A stretch of 46,057 nucleotides of DNA from Bacillota bacterium (GTDB taxonomy: Bacteria; Bacillota; Clostridia; Peptostreptococcales; Anaerovoracaceae): contig JAUMXT010000001.1 of the NCBI GenBank assembly GCA_030529015.1, forward strand, positions 1-46,057, read 5' to 3'. The notes beneath the pieces were generated by a model. That model was not told the origin of the DNA. It did not search any database and worked only from the letters and a program-made list of their open reading frames with translations. The translations under genes and the position numbers were made by a program. The first letter of the stretch is position 1, and every line of letters starts with the position of its first letter. This document shows, one piece after another, positions 1 to 9,069 of the stretch.

Positions 1-1341
1 AACTATAACCAGCAGCAGTATTATTGCTGCGATTACTCCCAGCAGGAATACGAAAACTCTGTCGTTAGGAATTCCTATATAGGATAATATGCCTCCTTTT
101 TCGACGTCCTCCATAGCATAAAGAGGCTTTTGAGCCACTGCTATACTATTGTTATATGCGGTAATCGTCCCTACCTCTTGCCCCTTCTTTATCGGAGCCT
201 GGATCTTCTTATCCTTCGCCACTATTTCAGTGGTAATATTCTTTCCTTTATCATCTTTGTTCAGTGTTATGTCAAAGTCATCGGCAACAGATACTGCCAC
301 CTTGCCCTTGGCCCCGTGTCTCACGCGAAACTCATCTATAACATCTGTAGCTGATGCAGCTGTATATGTATGATACTTTTCGAAACCATAGTCCCACAAC
401 TTGATAGTATCGGCAAATCTGGTTTCATGTGTACTGGAATTAAGCACTACCGACACGAACTCTGTACCATCTCTTTCGACCCAGCCGCAGAAACAGTCAC
501 CAGCCGTACTTGTATATCCTGTCTTGATGCCTAACGTTCCTTCATATTTGTAAAAGCCCTTTAATGCTATATCTTCATACTTATTTTCATCATATTCACC
601 ATCGGAAATACATCTGTTGATGTTGAACATTTCTCTGGCCTTGGACTTGTTTGTCTTCGGTATCTTATATTCTATCGTCGAGATTATTCTTCTGAAATCC
701 TTGTTCTTCATTGCCTCCTGTGCTATGAGAGTCAAGTCGTATGCAGTAGTTCTGTGTTCAGGCTGCTCCGGCACGTTTAATCCGTGTGGATTAGTAAAAT
801 TAGTGTCCTTTGCACCGCACATAGCCGCTCTTTCATTCATCATGTCACAGAAATTTTCTATGGAACCGCCGGCGGAAATTGCCAACACCTCCGCTGCATC
901 ATTAGCAGAGAACAACATGAGCGCATGCAGAAGTTGTTCAACTGTAAAGACCTCGCCCTTTTTAATGTCGATACCCACGCTTCCGCCGGCATCGTTAAAA
1001 TTGATCGTTGATGTTATCTTGTCATCAAGTTCCATTGTTTCGAGAACGACAAGGCATGTCATGATTTTAGTAACGCTTGCCGGATCTCGCTTTTCATATG
1101 CGTTCTTCTCATACAAAATCTGTCCGCTTCCCGCATCGACTAAAATCGCTGATGTTCCTTCTATGCCGGGAGCATCGTCCCAGCTGACATTTGCAGAAGG
1201 CTTCAGCTTGATATCCTCAGGATTCTCAGCAAAAGACGGCGTTACCCCTATAAGGAACAACGCCGCTGCTATGATTATTGATGTGAGTTTGATAATTTTC
1301 TTCTTATTTCGCGAAGAAATAGTCTGCCAATTGGAAACCAC
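1..1341 (-). CDS. D-alanyl-D-alanine carboxypeptidase (peptidase S11, Dac family), 3'-partial; start codon uncertain
   Basis: Missing from the ORF track because it runs off the window edge. Manual translation gives a signal peptide (NKKKIIKLTSIIIAAALFLIG), SxxK (PASVTK), SxN (SAND), KTG (IKTGYT) and a C-terminal hydrophobic anchor. Candidate GTG start at 1341 overlaps the apgM stop. Confidence 0.85.
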   Translation of the reverse strand, partial: MVSNWQTISSRNKKKIIKLTSIIIAAALFLIGVTPSFAENPEDIKLKPSANVSWDDAPGIEGTSAILVDAGSGQILYEKNAYEKRDPASVTKIMTCLVVLETMELDDKITSTINFNDAGGSVGIDIKKGEVFTVEQLLHALMLFSANDAAEVLAISAGGSIENFCDMMNERAAMCGAKDTNFTNPHGLNVPEQPEHRTTAYDLTLIAQEAMKNKDFRRIISTIEYKIPKTNKSKAREMFNINRCISDGEYDENKYEDIALKGFYKYEGTLGIKTGYTSTAGDCFCGWVERDGTEFVSVVLNSSTHETRFADTIKLWDYGFEKYHTYTAASATDVIDEFRVRHGAKGKVAVSVADDFDITLNKDDKGKNITTEIVAKDKKIQAPIKKGQEVGTITAYNNSIAVAQKPLYAMEDVEKGGILSYIGIPNDRVFVFLLGVIAAIILLLVIV

Positions 1342-2515
1342 TATCGAAATACATTCCTTTCTCTCCTGCCTTTTCGCAGAAAGATTTAGCTTCATCATAA
1401 GGCTTTTCGTCAGTGCTGTCATATATCACAAACGGAACAGGTGTTGCCGAGTGTGTTCTGATAGCAAGAGGAGTTCTGTGATCCGGTACTACCAGGACCT
1501 TGTAGTCTTCTCCGTCTTCCTTAAGAGCATCGATTATAGGTTTTAACACCTTAAGGTCGATATCCTTCATGCACTGAATCTTACCGTCTCTGTCTCCCTG
1601 ATGAGAACATTCATCAGGACCTTCAAGATGCATGTAAACAAAGTCCTTGCCGTCTCTGAATTCTTTAATGGCAGCCTGAGCTTTACCATCAAAATTAGTG
1701 TGAAGAGTACCTGTCGCACCTTCTACATCTACTGAATCAAGTCCTGCACAAATAGCGATACCCTTAATAAGGTCTACTGCAGAAATAGCAGTGCCTGTGA
1801 TACCGTACTTATCATAAAACGATGAGAGGCTTGGTTTCTTGCCCTGGCCCCAGATCCAAATCGTATTGGCAGGGTTAAGGCCCTTCTCAATTCTAGCCTT
1901 GTTTACAGGGTGATCCTTAAGTATCTCATAGCTCTTTCTCATCATTTCGGTAATGAATTCTGAGCCTTCTCCCTTAGGAAGATAATCGCCGACTCTCTTC
2001 TCAAGAACGTCATGAGGCGGAGTCAGTTCATATTCTGTTGAACCGTTATGAACGATCATGCAATGTCTGTAGCTTACGCCTGTGTAGAACTTGATTTGTT
2101 CATTTCCCAGCGCTTCATCCACAGCCTTTATCAGCACATCTGCTTCTTCGGTCGTGATATCTCCGGAGCTGTGATCCTTAATGATAAGGTCATCATATTC
2201 TCCGTCGCCTTCCAGTGTGATTATATTTGTTCTGAATGCTACGTCAGTATCCGACATATCAATGCCTATGCTGGCAGCTTCCAACGGAGATCTGCCTGTA
2301 AGGTAAATTGCCGGATCGTATCCCATAACCGAAAGGTTAGCTGCATCACTTCCCGGCGCAACACCCTGCGGGATAGTCTTCACCATTCCTATTTCGCCTT
2401 TATGTGCCAGCTCATTTATTGTTTTTATGTCTGCTACTTCAAGCGGTGTCTTGTTTCCCAGCGCCTCGATAACTTCATCGCCTGCACCATCGGGAACTAA
2501 GATGAGGTACTTCAT
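1304..2515 (-). CDS. apgM: Cofactor-independent phosphoglycerate mutase, ApgM/archaeal type (alkaline phosphatase superfamily)
   Basis: Motifs PDGAGD, PGSDAAN (catalytic Ser), HLEGPDECSH, PDH and THS. Confidence 0.85.
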   Translation of the reverse strand: MKYLILVPDGAGDEVIEALGNKTPLEVADIKTINELAHKGEIGMVKTIPQGVAPGSDAANLSVMGYDPAIYLTGRSPLEAASIGIDMSDTDVAFRTNIITLEGDGEYDDLIIKDHSSGDITTEEADVLIKAVDEALGNEQIKFYTGVSYRHCMIVHNGSTEYELTPPHDVLEKRVGDYLPKGEGSEFITEMMRKSYEILKDHPVNKARIEKGLNPANTIWIWGQGKKPSLSSFYDKYGITGTAISAVDLIKGIAICAGLDSVDVEGATGTLHTNFDGKAQAAIKEFRDGKDFVYMHLEGPDECSHQGDRDGKIQCMKDIDLKVLKPIIDALKEDGEDYKVLVVPDHRTPLAIRTHSATPVPFVIYDSTDEKPYDEAKSFCEKAGEKGMYFDSGFQLADYFFAK

Positions 2516-3603
2516 TATTTATTTTCCTCCTGGAATTTCTTCATGAATTCAATCAAAGCATCAACGCCTTCCATTGGCATAGCGTTGTATATGCTTGCTC
2601 TCATGCCGCCGATAGATCTGTGGCCGTTGAGGTTGTGCATATTGTTTGCTTTTGCTTCTGCTACAAATTTCTTGTCAAGATCTGCATCGCCTGTTACGAA
2701 TACTACGTTCATCAGCGATCTGTCCTTTTCTCTTACAGGACACTTGTAAAGCTCACTGCTGTCGATGAAGTCATACAGCTTCTGTGCTTTCTTAACATTC
2801 AGCTCATACATTGCAGGTATGCCGCCGATGTTTTTAATGTGCTTGAATACTTCTCCTGCTATATATATTCCGAAGCAGTTAGGAGTATTATATGTTGATC
2901 CGTTATCTGCATGTACCTTGTAATCGAGATATGTAGGTACTGTTTCCTTAGCAAATCCGATGAGATCTTCTCTCATGATAGCGATCGCTACACCTGATGG
3001 TGCGATATTCTTCTGTACACCTGCATAGATAAGACCGAACTTGCTTACATCTACTTCTTCTGAAAGTATGCAGGATGACATGTCTGCTACGAGAGGAATG
3101 TCTCCTGTGTCAGGAATATACGGGAAGTGTGTTCCGTATATAGTGTTGTTGAATGTAATATGTACGTAGTCTGCATCAGCTCTGAAGTCTTCTTTCTTAA
3201 CTTCAGGAATATATGAGAATGTATCCTCTTCTGATGAGGCTACGATTTTGATGTCACCGAATTTCTGTGCTTCCTTCGCAGCCTTCTTAGCCCAAGTGCC
3301 GGATACAATGTAATCAGCTTTGCCGGACTTTCTCAACAGGTTAAGCGGAACCATCGCGAACTGCAGTGTACCGCCACCCTGAATGAACATCACTTTATAG
3401 TTGTCAGGTATGTTCATGATGTCTCTGAGATTTTTCTCAGCGTCTTCTAAAATAGCCTTGAATTCAGCGGATCTGTGACTCATTTCCATTACTGATTCTC
3501 CACAGCCCTGATAATCTGCCAGATTAGCTGCAGCATCTTCAATAACGTTCAGTGGCAGCATAGATGGTCCTGCCGAAAAATTAAATGCTCTTCCGTTACT
3601 CAA
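2515..3603 (-). CDS. serC: Phosphoserine aminotransferase
   Basis: FNFSAGPS, EMSHRS, AGVQKN (PLP Lys), GHRSIGGMRASIYNA. Likely TTG start at 3603 after the GGAGGTG RBS. Confidence 0.95.
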   Translation of the reverse strand: MSNGRAFNFSAGPSMLPLNVIEDAAANLADYQGCGESVMEMSHRSAEFKAILEDAEKNLRDIMNIPDNYKVMFIQGGGTLQFAMVPLNLLRKSGKADYIVSGTWAKKAAKEAQKFGDIKIVASSEEDTFSYIPEVKKEDFRADADYVHITFNNTIYGTHFPYIPDTGDIPLVADMSSCILSEEVDVSKFGLIYAGVQKNIAPSGVAIAIMREDLIGFAKETVPTYLDYKVHADNGSTYNTPNCFGIYIAGEVFKHIKNIGGIPAMYELNVKKAQKLYDFIDSSELYKCPVREKDRSLMNVVFVTGDADLDKKFVAEAKANNMHNLNGHRSIGGMRASIYNAMPMEGVDALIEFMKKFQEENK

Positions 3604-3694
3604 TTGTGTCACCTCCACTTAATTATAAAAATATGAGTATAATTGATTTCGGATATAACTCCCCCCGAATTTATCGTATCATTCATTATATCAC

Positions 3695-3723
3695 TTTACC
3701 CAAATACCGTAAAGTGCTATAAT
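3695..3723 (+). promoter_or_regulatory. SigA-type promoter for serA
   Basis: TTTACC-N17-TATAAT with an extended -10 TG. Confidence 0.6.
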
Positions 3724-3759
3724 GTTAGATAATTCAAAACATTTGAGAGGTGAGTATCA

Positions 3760-4896
3760 ATGTATAAAATCGGAACATTAAACAAAATTTCACCGGTTGG
3801 TCTGGCACGTCTTACCGGTGAATATGCAGTCGTAGAAGACGTTCAGGAAGCTAATGGAATCATACTCAGAAGCTATGATATGCATGAAATGGAGCTTTCC
3901 GAAAACCTGCTGGCAGTAGGAAGAGCCGGTGCGGGAGTAAACAATATCCCTCTGGATAAATGTGCAGAAAACGGCATCGTTGTTTTCAACTCTCCGGGCG
4001 CCAACGCCAATGCTGTTAAGGAGCTTTGTCTGGCCGGAATGATCATGGCCGCAAGAAATATTCCTGCAGGACTCGCGTGGGCTAAAACTCTCGTGGGCAG
4101 CGAAGGTGTAGGTAAGCAGATAGAAAAAGGCAAAGGTCAGTTTGCCGGAACAGAAATCATGGGTAAGACACTGGGCGTTATCGGCCTGGGCGCTATAGGT
4201 CGTCTCGTTGCCAACGCATGCGTGGGTCTCGGAATGAATGTTATCGGCTATGATGCGTTTCTTACAGATGCAGCAAGAGCAGACCTGGATCCTTCCATTA
4301 CAGTAGTTTCGGAACTGTCAGAGCTCTATCCTAAGAGTGACTACATATCGATCCATGTTCCTGCCAACGATGCAACTAAGGGTATGATGAACGCAGCAGC
4401 CTTCGCTCAGATGAAGGACGGCGTTAAGTTTATGAACTTCTCAAGAGATAAGCTGATGAATGACGATGATCTTCTGGCAGCTCTTGAAAGTGGCAAAGTA
4501 GGTACATACGTTACAGACTTCGCTGACGACGCTGTACTTAATGCAGACAAACCAAACATCATCGTACTTCCACATCTCGGCGCATCATCTGCAGAAGCAG
4601 AAGACAACTGTGCAGTAATGGCTGTGAACGAAGTTATGGATTATCTGGAAAACGGAAACATCGTAAATTCAGTAAACATGCCTGCTGTAAGCCTCGGTGC
4701 CAAAACAGCTCCTAGAATAAGCGTTATCGCTAAGGCTGATGCTGCAGCATCGGTACTGGCTAAGCTGGCTGAACTCGGTGCGTCAAACGTAGCTTCCGCA
4801 ACTCGCGGTGACTACGCATATATCCTGGCAGAAGCAGATGCTGACGAAGCAGCAGTAGCTGTTGATGGCGTGATCAGAGTGAGAATTTTGAAATAA
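3760..4896 (+). CDS. serA: D-3-phosphoglycerate dehydrogenase with degenerate C-terminal ACT-like domain
   Basis: RAGAGVNNIP, PGANANAV, GLGAIG, PHLGAS. Divergent from serC. Confidence 0.9.
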   Translation: MYKIGTLNKISPVGLARLTGEYAVVEDVQEANGIILRSYDMHEMELSENLLAVGRAGAGVNNIPLDKCAENGIVVFNSPGANANAVKELCLAGMIMAARNIPAGLAWAKTLVGSEGVGKQIEKGKGQFAGTEIMGKTLGVIGLGAIGRLVANACVGLGMNVIGYDAFLTDAARADLDPSITVVSELSELYPKSDYISIHVPANDATKGMMNAAAFAQMKDGVKFMNFSRDKLMNDDDLLAALESGKVGTYVTDFADDAVLNADKPNIIVLPHLGASSAEAEDNCAVMAVNEVMDYLENGNIVNSVNMPAVSLGAKTAPRISVIAKADAAASVLAKLAELGASNVASATRGDYAYILAEADADEAAVAVDGVIRVRILK

Positions 4897-4902
4897 ACAG
4901 TA

Positions 4903-5090
4903 TGTAAAACAGCAATCGCGCGGTTTCCGCAGGCGCTGTTGCAAGCATAAGCGAAACGAAAGCAAAGAATAGCAAAACCCCGTGAACTGTCTGAATGTCG
5001 TAAGACATGAGTTTTCACGGGGTTCTATTCTTTTTGAGTAAGCTTATATGCTTGCCGGCAACGAGGACTTAGCAAGACTGCTGTTATACA
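4903..5090 (+). other. Long imperfect rod-like hairpin (structured RNA or MITE-like repeat) between convergent serA and feoB; the central part can act as a terminator
   Basis: Nested complementary segments 4903-4917/5076-5090, ~4938-4952/~5042-5062 and ~4964-4986/~5013-5033. Confidence 0.6.
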
Positions 5091-5096
5091 CTACGT

Positions 5097-7457
5097 TTAG
5101 AACAACAAATTCCCAATCAGCACAACCAACAGCGCTGCGATCCATGCGACTGCACATTGTCCTACGACTACGCCAATCGCCCATTTGCCGCCAAGCTCGC
5201 GCTTTACTGACGCAACCGCTGCAACACAAGGTGTATAAAGCAGGCAGAACACAAGCAGTGCCATGGCACTTACAGGAGTAAGTATTCCCAGCAGCGTATC
5301 TGTAGTTCCAAATAACACAGATAATGTTGACACTACACTTTCTTTTGCCATAAAGCCTGTAATCAGAGCCGTTGAAATTCTCCAGTCGCCAAAGCCAAGC
5401 GGCGCGAATATAGGAGCGATTACTCCTGCCACTGCAGCAAGCAGACTGTTCTGGGAATCTGCCACTACATTCATATGTATGTCGAAGGTCTGCAGGAACC
5501 AGATCACTATAGTAGCCAAGAAGATTACCGTAAATGCCCTTTGCATAAAATCCTTGGCCTTTTCCCACAGAAGCTGCCATACGTTTCGTGCTCCCGGCAT
5601 TCTGTAATTAGGCAGTTCCATAACGAAAGGAACAGGTTCTCCCTTAAACATCGTTCCTCTCAGAAGCAGTGCCATAACAACGCCTGCTACCATTCCGAAC
5701 ACATAGAGGCCTATCATCACAAGTGCCCCATGCCCCGGGAAGAATACTGCTGTAAAGAATGCGTATATCGGCAGCTTTGCAGAACAGCTCATGAACGGCG
5801 TCAGAAGTATCGTCATCTTTCTGTCTCGTTCAGAAGGCAGCGTCCTGCTTGCCATAACTCCCGGCACCGTACATCCGAAGCCTATAAGCATCGGCACTAT
5901 GCTTCGTCCCGAAAGCCCTATCTTTCTAAGCAGCTTGTCCATAACAAAGGCAACTCTCACCATATACCCGCTGTCTTCCAAAAGCGAAAGAAAGAAGAAC
6001 AGCGTCACTATTATAGGCAGGAATCCCAAAACGCTTCCCACGCCGTTAAATATCCCGTCAATCACAAGGGAATGCAGCACCGGATTTACACCGCTTCCCG
6101 TAAGGATGTTATCGACAATATCTGTCACAAGACCTATGCCCGCCTCGAGCCATGAGGCCAAAAGCGCACCTATAACATTAAATGTAAGCCAGAAAACGAT
6201 TCCCATAATACCGATAAATGCCGGTATTGCAGTGTATTTACCTGTAAGGATCTTATCTATTTTATGGCTTCTCTCGTGTTCTTTGCTGGTCTTCGGTTTC
6301 ACCACGGTCTGCGAGCAGACTTTCTTAATAAATCCGAATCTCATATCGGCTATTGCCGCTGCACGATCCAGCCCTCTTTCATCTTCCATCTGGATAATGA
6401 TGTGCTCAAGCATCTCTTTCTCATTCTTGCTTAAGTTGAGCTTTTCCAAGATGAGCTCATCGCCTTCTGCCAGCTTAGATGCCGCGAAACGTACAGGAAG
6501 TCCCGCATTGATCGCGTGATCTTCTATCAAGTGCATTATGCCGTGCAGACATCTGTGGACCGCACCGTCTTTCTCTTCGGCACTGCAAAAGTCCATTCTG
6601 CCCGGTCTTTCCTGAAACTTCGCTATATGAAGAGCGTGTCCAACGAGTTCCTGAATGCCTTCGTTTCTTACAGCCGAAATCGGCACTACCGGGATCCCCA
6701 GCATTTCTTCCATCTCATTTACATGGATGGAGCCTCCGTTTTCCTTCACCTCATCCATCATGTTGAGAGCCAAAACCATAGGTATATCCAGCTCCATCAG
6801 CTGCATGGTCAGATAAAGATTTCTTTCTATGTTAGTAGCATCAACGATATTGATGATGCCCTTTACTCCGCTTTCAAGAACGAACTGCCTTGTCACCAGC
6901 TCTTCACTGCTGTACGGCGACATCGAATATATCCCCGGCAAATCCGTAACCAAGGTTTCCGGATGGCCTTTTATGACACCGTCTTTTCTGTCTACAGTCA
7001 CTCCCGGAAAATTTCCGACATGCTGATTGGATCCTGTCAGCTGATTGAACAATGTAGTCTTCCCGCAGTTCTGATTTCCTGCCAGCGCAAAGGTCAATGT
7101 TTCGCCTTCGGGCACGGGGTTTTCATCAGCCTTGGTGTGATACTTGCCGCCTTCTCCAAGTCCCGGATGTTCTATAGGCTTAGTTCCTTTAAATCGCGGT
7201 CCGTCTTCCGCACGGTCTCTTATATTATCTATTACTATTTTTTCAGCATCGGCAAGTCTCAATGTGAGCGCATATCCATGTATTCTCACTTCTACAGGAT
7301 CGCCCATCGGTGCGTATTTAACCATTGTAACATCTGCTTCGGGAATAAGTCCCATGTCCAGAAAGTGCTGCCTTAAAGCGCCCTCTCCTCCGACAGATAC
7401 TACTGTAGCCGTCTTGCCTATCTCAAGTTCTCTCAAAGTTGCAACGTTTGATGCCAT
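5097..7457 (-). CDS. feoB: Ferrous iron transporter, FeoA-FeoB fusion
   Basis: N-terminal FeoA SH3-like domain (LRQHFLDMGL, APMGDP), G-domain (GNQNCGKT, NFPGVT, DLPG, NMMD) and gate motifs (GFGCTVP, PFMSCSAKLP, YTPC). Confidence 0.95.
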   Translation of the reverse strand: MASNVATLRELEIGKTATVVSVGGEGALRQHFLDMGLIPEADVTMVKYAPMGDPVEVRIHGYALTLRLADAEKIVIDNIRDRAEDGPRFKGTKPIEHPGLGEGGKYHTKADENPVPEGETLTFALAGNQNCGKTTLFNQLTGSNQHVGNFPGVTVDRKDGVIKGHPETLVTDLPGIYSMSPYSSEELVTRQFVLESGVKGIINIVDATNIERNLYLTMQLMELDIPMVLALNMMDEVKENGGSIHVNEMEEMLGIPVVPISAVRNEGIQELVGHALHIAKFQERPGRMDFCSAEEKDGAVHRCLHGIMHLIEDHAINAGLPVRFAASKLAEGDELILEKLNLSKNEKEMLEHIIIQMEDERGLDRAAAIADMRFGFIKKVCSQTVVKPKTSKEHERSHKIDKILTGKYTAIPAFIGIMGIVFWLTFNVIGALLASWLEAGIGLVTDIVDNILTGSGVNPVLHSLVIDGIFNGVGSVLGFLPIIVTLFFFLSLLEDSGYMVRVAFVMDKLLRKIGLSGRSIVPMLIGFGCTVPGVMASRTLPSERDRKMTILLTPFMSCSAKLPIYAFFTAVFFPGHGALVMIGLYVFGMVAGVVMALLLRGTMFKGEPVPFVMELPNYRMPGARNVWQLLWEKAKDFMQRAFTVIFLATIVIWFLQTFDIHMNVVADSQNSLLAAVAGVIAPIFAPLGFGDWRISTALITGFMAKESVVSTLSVLFGTTDTLLGILTPVSAMALLVFCLLYTPCVAAVASVKRELGGKWAIGVVVGQCAVAWIAALLVVLIGNLLF

Positions 7458-7474
7458 TATATTTAAAAGCCTTT

Positions 7475-8337
7475 CTATATTACTTGTTTAGGTGGTTTTC
7501 TCTTACTGTATGATTCGCTGGTATCGTCCCACACCTTGTTTACCATTACTCCCAGGCATAACACCCATGCCAGGAAGAAGAACCAGAACATTATAGCCAC
7601 TACTGATGACAGTGCTCCGTAAAGCACGTCGTAGTTGGCAAGCGATGTGGTGTATTTTGAATAGAATCCTGTAACAAGAAGCCCACCGAAGCGAAAACAC
7701 TGCCCGGTATAACCTTCCTGTAGCTGACTTTTTCTGTTGGCAGGATATAGTAATTATAGCTGATCATCATGAAGTACAGTCCGAATCCGAGGATCCATCT
7801 TAACCACAGCCATGTGTTCTCTACGAGAAGCTCCGTATCAAGGCCAACTGAAGCAACTATCGCAGTAAGGATCAGCTTACCGTAAGCGAGGATCACAAGG
7901 GATAAAACTATAGTGATTATAGTTATTCCCATTGTCTTTATAGCTCTTATTCTTTCGGTTATAAAGCCCTTGCCTGTATGTTTACCATCCGTCAATGTGT
8001 AGTTTGTTATTCTCATTATGGAAAACGATGCTCTTGAGGCACCCCATAATGCAGTGAATACAAAGAAAATGTTTGCAACACCGACCGACGAGAACTCGAA
8101 CAGACTTTTAAACATGCCCGACATTTCCTTGCCGGTATAATCTTCTATAAGTCCTATCGCAGTTTCAAGTGACACACCAAACAGACCGAGGATCTGTGTT
8201 ATAAGAACTATGATAGGAACGATAGAAAGCATCAGATAAAACGCTATCTGTGCTGCAAATCCCTGATAGTACGGATCCTGAAATTGCTTAAATCCCAACG
8301 CGAGCATTCTCAATAATCTTGTTTTAATTTTCGACAT
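7475..8337 (-). pseudogene. YihY/virulence factor BrkB family membrane protein, frameshifted near 7680 (true lesion or sequence error)
   Basis: The 245-aa ORF leaves the family pattern after PGSVFASVG. Another frame continues LVTGFYSKYTTSLANYDVLYGALSSVVAIMFWFFFLAWVLCLG to TAG at 7475-7477. Confidence 0.8.
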
Positions 8338-8363
8338 CTGCAGACCTCCTTCGCTTCGCGGTC

Positions 8364-8966
8364 TTACCCCTCTCTTGCCATAAGCTTTTCTCTAAGCTTA
8401 TTAAGTGCATTGGCCCTGTGACTTATCTTATTTTTGATATCGGGATCTATTTCCCCAAATGTAATATCGTAACCTACAGGAACGAAAAGCGGATCGTATC
8501 CGAATCCGTTAGGACCCTGTTCTTCTAATACCAGGTTGCCTTCCACTTCACCTCTTGCCACGATGGTTTCACCATCGGGGAACACCATCGTAATAACCGA
8601 AACGAAGCGGGCTGTGCGCTTTTCATAAGGAACGTCCTTGATAAGCTCTACCAGTTTCCTATTGTTCGCCTTATCGTCACCGTCTACTCCTGCGAATCTC
8701 GCCGAATAAACTCCCGGTGCTCCGTCGAGACAGTCTACGACAAGTCCCGAATCATCAGCGATAGTGATCTTATCGCAAAGCTTCATTATCTCATAAGCCT
8801 TCTTGTAGGAGTTTTCCTCGAAGGTTTCCCCATCTTCAACGATGTCGATTTTCGGGATGCCTGCTTCATCTCTGGCGATGATGGACATGCCGAATTCTCC
8901 GGTAATAGCTTCTATTTCTTTTATCTTATGTTTGTTCTGCGTAGCCGCAACTATTACTTTATTCAT
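8364..8966 (-). CDS. rdgB: Non-canonical purine NTP pyrophosphatase (RdgB/HAM1)
   Basis: ATQNKHKIKE, ADDSGL, PGVYSARF, GFGYDPLF, SHRANAL. Confidence 0.95.
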   Translation of the reverse strand: MNKVIVAATQNKHKIKEIEAITGEFGMSIIARDEAGIPKIDIVEDGETFEENSYKKAYEIMKLCDKITIADDSGLVVDCLDGAPGVYSARFAGVDGDDKANNRKLVELIKDVPYEKRTARFVSVITMVFPDGETIVARGEVEGNLVLEEQGPNGFGYDPLFVPVGYDITFGEIDPDIKNKISHRANALNKLREKLMAREG

Positions 8967-9069
8967 AGATTAATACCTCTATTTCTGATTTGCATACATA
9001 ATGATTATATCACATGCATACTGGACTTTCCACGACTTATGGTGTAAAATGTTCGGCGGAGGTATTGAT

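Noticed and set aside
617-1546. 309-aa plus-strand ORF and other long antisense ORFs (e.g. 6516-7376, 35165-35887, 37321-38091, 38435-39199)
   Set aside because: They are shadows of well-supported genes on the opposite strand, with no recognisable motifs or RBS.
4985-5015. Hammerhead ribozyme variant (CTGA-hairpin-GA resembles CUGANGA with an inserted stem)
   Set aside because: No correctly placed GAAA/stem III/NUH or stem I could be built, and the second copy reads TTGA instead of CTGA.
4903-5090. Calling the rod-like hairpin 6S RNA
   Set aside because: The size fits, but I cannot recognise 6S-conserved segments or a promoter, and the core recurs at 11.3 kb, which favours a repeat family. 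Left unassigned.
7503-7700. 65-aa ORF as the yihY C-terminus or as a separate gene
   Set aside because: Wrong frame. The family-like continuation is in the third frame, which ends at 7475.
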